Shown here in pieces: positions 60,501 through 64,000 of a DNA stretch of 64,000 nt. The stretch is from Chiloscyllium plagiosum (lineage: Eukaryota). The DNA is taken from assembly GCF_004010195.1 (NCBI RefSeq), contig NC_057751.1:2944379-3008378 (forward strand), written 5' to 3'. Both the position numbers and the translations under genes were made by a program. The notes below the pieces were generated by a model. It searched no databases and had not been told where the DNA came from. It was given only the letters and a program-made list of their open reading frames with translations. The number at the start of each line of letters is the position of its first letter. Within the stretch, counting starts at the first letter, position 1.

Positions 60501-62271
60501 TGGCACACCTGCTCCTGGCACCTCTTCCACAACTTGAAACCAGTCGCTCATCTCATTTAGCCTCAAAGCCACCGTCCTGCTTATTCTCAATAACCCTTCA
60601 ATCCATTTCTGATTTAAAGGTGGCTCTGTCTGTCTGCTCACAATGAATGCAGTCCCTAATAGCTATGTGAAGGAATGCCACAGTTCCCTCAGCCTTCAAG
60701 AAAATATTTCTTGTCAGCTCTGTACAAAACCGGCCACCCTTGTTTAGCAGACGCCTGAGCTCCTGTGTGAGAGGGCCTTAGGTATGGAAACACCGTTTCT
60801 GCATCTACAACAATCTTTTAGACCATCAATTCAATCTCCCCTCTGTGTTTGTAAACTCCAGTGAGTGTTCAATCTCTTTGGAAGTTCCCACTGCCACAGA
60901 AGCAATTCAGTACCTCCCACCACCAGCTGGTGGTAGTGGGTCTCTGCCTGTTGAGATGGGTCCCTCAGCACTACAACAGCAGAGAGCAGAGGACTTGTCC
61001 CTGGCGTTCTGGGCCAATCTTTATCCCTGAACCAATCTGCCTTGGTAAAGGAGGGTGGTTACTTCTCTGTTGGGGTTTGTGAGAGCAGGTGGTCTGTGAA
61101 TTAGCCACAAGGTATGCCATGGTGACCATTTCCCCACACCCTCTGGCACTAGGATAACATCCAGGAAGTGAGCTGAATGTCACTGCCAGTGGGGAATGTA
61201 ATGGGAAAGCTGATTGGTTTTGGACCTACCTGTTTGCACTGCTGTAGGCATAATTCATCCATCTCCACCCGGCCGAAACCTTTGGACTGTGCTAAAACAT
61301 GCCATCCGTGAGGAAACAACTGTTTGCTTGGAAGTGTGAGGAAGGAGCAGGCCGAATGTTTGCTTGCCGAGGTTAAGTACATTTCAATGCGTCCCTCCCA
61401 CCTTCCTGTTGCGTGGCAATGAATGAGAAGGAGGTGGACTCGATGCTGAAGTCCTTCAGCTCCTGCTGATTTCTGCTTCCCGATCATTCCTATTCTGGGA
61501 GGTCAAGACTCATTCACTGGTGTCACTACAACCTACTCGGGGGGGGGGGGGGGGAGAATGGACATGCCATTTCTGCATCTCCAACAGTGACCCCCTTTCA
61601 ACAATCTTTTACACCAGCTCAGAGGTAGGGATGATACCACCATGGCTGCAAAGCTATCCCTGTTCTGAGTCAATTTCCTATTGTGTGCAGACTGTGGCAG
61701 GAAAATCCCATCAAATTACAAAGGCTTTAGTTCCATCGTCTCACATGCCCTGACATTTATACAAATGGAGTCTTTGCAGTCTCCCACTGTTACTAACCGT
61801 GCCTTTCAGTGCAGCAGGTCAAAACACGGATTCATTTCTTGAACCCTGAGGTGATTCCCCTTAAACCCAACCTCTTCACGACACTTTCAGTCAGCTGTGC
61901 TGTGGCAAATGTCCCTTGTCACCTTTTGCCTGTTGAACGCTGTCAAGGTGCAAGAAAGAGGGGAAAAACTACTTCAAACAATCAAAGTTGGGCAAAAGTA
62001 CTCTTCTTACTCCAGCTCTGTCAATCAGCATCCAAGCCCAACTGAGCATGTATTTCATTCACAAGGTTTTGCTGGTTGCTCGTGGAATGAGAAGGAATTA
62101 AAGCTTACATCTATCAGAGAATGATGGTCTCAGCACCAGATGATTTCTTTAGGCTCCCCATTCTTTGCTTGCATCTGTAGTGGGTGCAGACTGAGGGAAA
62201 GCTTCCTCAGGTATGACTGTAACTGTGTGACTGGAACAGACAGCTTGTCTGTTTAAGAGGCAAGTCACAGC

Positions 62272-62455
62272 AAAATACAGCAGATGCTTAAAAACCTGAA
62301 ACAAAAACAAAGTGCTGGGCAAACCCAGCAGGTCTGGCAGTGTCTGTGGAGAGAGAAACGAGAACAGAGAGAGAGTCACAGTAGACTGGAAACATTCACT
62401 ATTTCTCTCTCCACAGATGCTATGAGACCTGCTGAGTTTCTCCAGCACTCTGTGT
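62272..62455. mobile_element. Older palindromic Penelope-like end pair
   Basis: gtgctggg..cagcaggtct..tctgtggagagagaaa / tttctctctccacaga..agacctgctg..ccagcac. Confidence 0.7.
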
Positions 62456-62829
62456 TTTATGCCTGTTGTAGTGATTGGCTCAGTCCAGCATGCTCTAATC
62501 CAATAGTTACAGCACTGACTGATGCTTGATATTTACCTGAGTGTACAAATTGGACTCTATTTTAGTCCTTCACTCAGTTTGTGCTGTTGAAGGGTTATAT
62601 TTGAAGTTTGTGTGTTGCTGTTCCTGATGGAAGAGCCAGTTAGTGCATGATCTTGCATCTTCCAAGTGTTGGGGTGAGTTGGGGGTTCTTTCCAATCCAT
62701 CCCTCCAACACAAAGTCAGGCAACAGCAAAGAGAGACTTTGGGTGTCAGAGGTGAACCCGTGTCATAGGGTACACAAAGTGTCTGTACAAGATCCTGGTC
62801 AGTGTTGGGCCCCTTATCTCAGGAAGGAT

Positions 62830-63800
62830 GTGCTGGGAATTAAATAGCCAGGGGTACCAGACTATTCGGAAGGATAGACAGGAATGCAAGGAAGGTGGTG
62901 TAACTCTGATATTCGAGAACAACATCAGGGCAGTGCTGAGAGATGATATAGGCTCTTTGGAGCATACAGTCAAATCCATTTGGGTGGGAATTAGAAATTC
63001 TGAGAAGAAAAAGTCACTGTTAGGGGTAGTCTATAGGCCACCAAATAATAACATCACATCAGGGCGGGCAATAAACAAAGAAATTACTAATGACTGTAAA
63101 AATAGTAAGGCAATTATCATGGAGGATTTTAATCTACATGTCAATTGGTCAAACCAGCTCAGCCAGGGCAGCTTTGAGGAGGAATTCATTGAGTGTATCT
63201 GTGATAGTTTTCTTGAACAGTATGTAATGGAACCGACGAGGGAGCAACCTATCCTAGATCTGGTCCTGTGTAATAAGACAGGAATAATTAAGAAGGGCCT
63301 GTGCCCGAAACGTCGAATCTCCTGTTCCCTGGATGCTGCCTGACCTGCTGTGCTGTTCCAGCAATAAAGTTTCAACAGGAATAATTAATGACCTTATAGT
63401 TAGGGATCCTCTTGGAAGGAGCGATCACAATATGGTTGAATTTAGAATACAGATGAGGAGTGTAAAGATAAAATCCAATAGCAGGGTCCTGTGCTTAAAC
63501 AAGGGAGACGACAAGAGAATGAGAGAGGACTTGGCTAAAGAAGACTGGAAACAAAGAGTTTATGGTGGGGCAACTGACGAGCAGTGGAGGACTTTCAAAG
63601 CAATTTTTCAACGTGCTCATGAAAATTATATTCCAGTGAAAAGGAAGATCTGTAAGAAAAGGGGTACTCTGCCATGGGTGTCTAAGAAAATAAGGGACAC
63701 TATCAAATTGAAAGAGAAGGCGTACAAAGTGGCCAGAACAGCAGGAAACTAGAAGATTGGGAAAACTTTAAAGGTCAACAGAAAGCCACAAAAGAACTGT
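62830..63800 (+). mobile_element. CR1 LINE ORF2 apurinic-like endonuclease region
   Basis: GYQTIRKDR..GGV..LLGVVYRPPN..IIMEDFNL..PTREQPILDLVL | DPLGRSDHNMVEF. Confidence 0.92.
63292..63374 (+). mobile_element. Penelope-like end fragment nested in CR1 with 14-bp TSD
   Basis: TSD ACAGGAATAATTAA at 63278-63291 and 63375-63388. Confidence 0.88.
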
Positions 63801-63816
63801 AAAGTTTTCCCAATCT

Positions 63817-63914
63817 TGCAAACTCCACACAGTCAGTCGCCTGAGGCGGGAATTGAACCCGGGTCTCTGGCGCTGTGAGACAGCAGTGCTCACCACTGTG
63901 CCACCGTGCCACCC
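63817..63914 (-). mobile_element. tRNA-derived SINE 5' portion
   Basis: Reverse complement of the SINE head (A and B boxes). Confidence 0.85.
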
Positions 63915-64000
63915 ACCGTACCTCCGCTTTTGAGGAGGAGAAGAGGCATTTAGTTATGGGATATGATGAAACGGCCAAGGCACTGAAGAGGTGTTTGTAT

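Noticed and set aside
1..64000. Short six-frame ORFs as stand-alone genes; CRISPR, rRNA or tRNA genes
   Set aside because: Eukaryotic intron- and repeat-rich DNA; ORFs are chance, repeat-derived or exon read-through. No spacer arrays; tRNA-like A/B boxes belong to SINE heads.

Overview
Vertebrate genomic DNA, most likely a shark (inferred from HE1/V-SINE-type SINEs, CR1 LINEs and abundant Penelope-like ends); the six-frame ORF track is mostly noise. One complete intron-containing gene lies on the + strand: annexin A4 (anxa4). It has 12 coding exons from 19660 to 56530 (9/88/95/114/91/80/57/94/96/59/123/57 nt = 963 nt, 320 aa, all introns GT-AG), a probable non-coding first exon ending at 7927 and two AATAAA signals near 56930-56955. 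The rest is retroelement debris: CR1 LINEs, tRNA-derived SINEs, solo LTRs and Penelope-like elements (GIY-YIG and RT remnants). The most notable hidden signal is a set of short Penelope-end insertions carrying minimal hammerhead-ribozyme cores (CUGANGA-hairpin-GAAA-NNUH), often head-to-head palindromes with 14-16 bp target-site duplications. Also seen: an 839 bp near-perfect palindrome next to an N gap, a 381/385 bp tandem duplication with a 30 bp micro-inversion, a probable gene-conversion tract between two intronic CR1 copies, a 52 bp direct repeat flanking exon 7, inverted young SINEs flanking exons 10-12, and a possible heavily decayed LRR-(Ig)-TM pseudogene upstream. Repeat boundaries are approximate and family names were assigned by eye.
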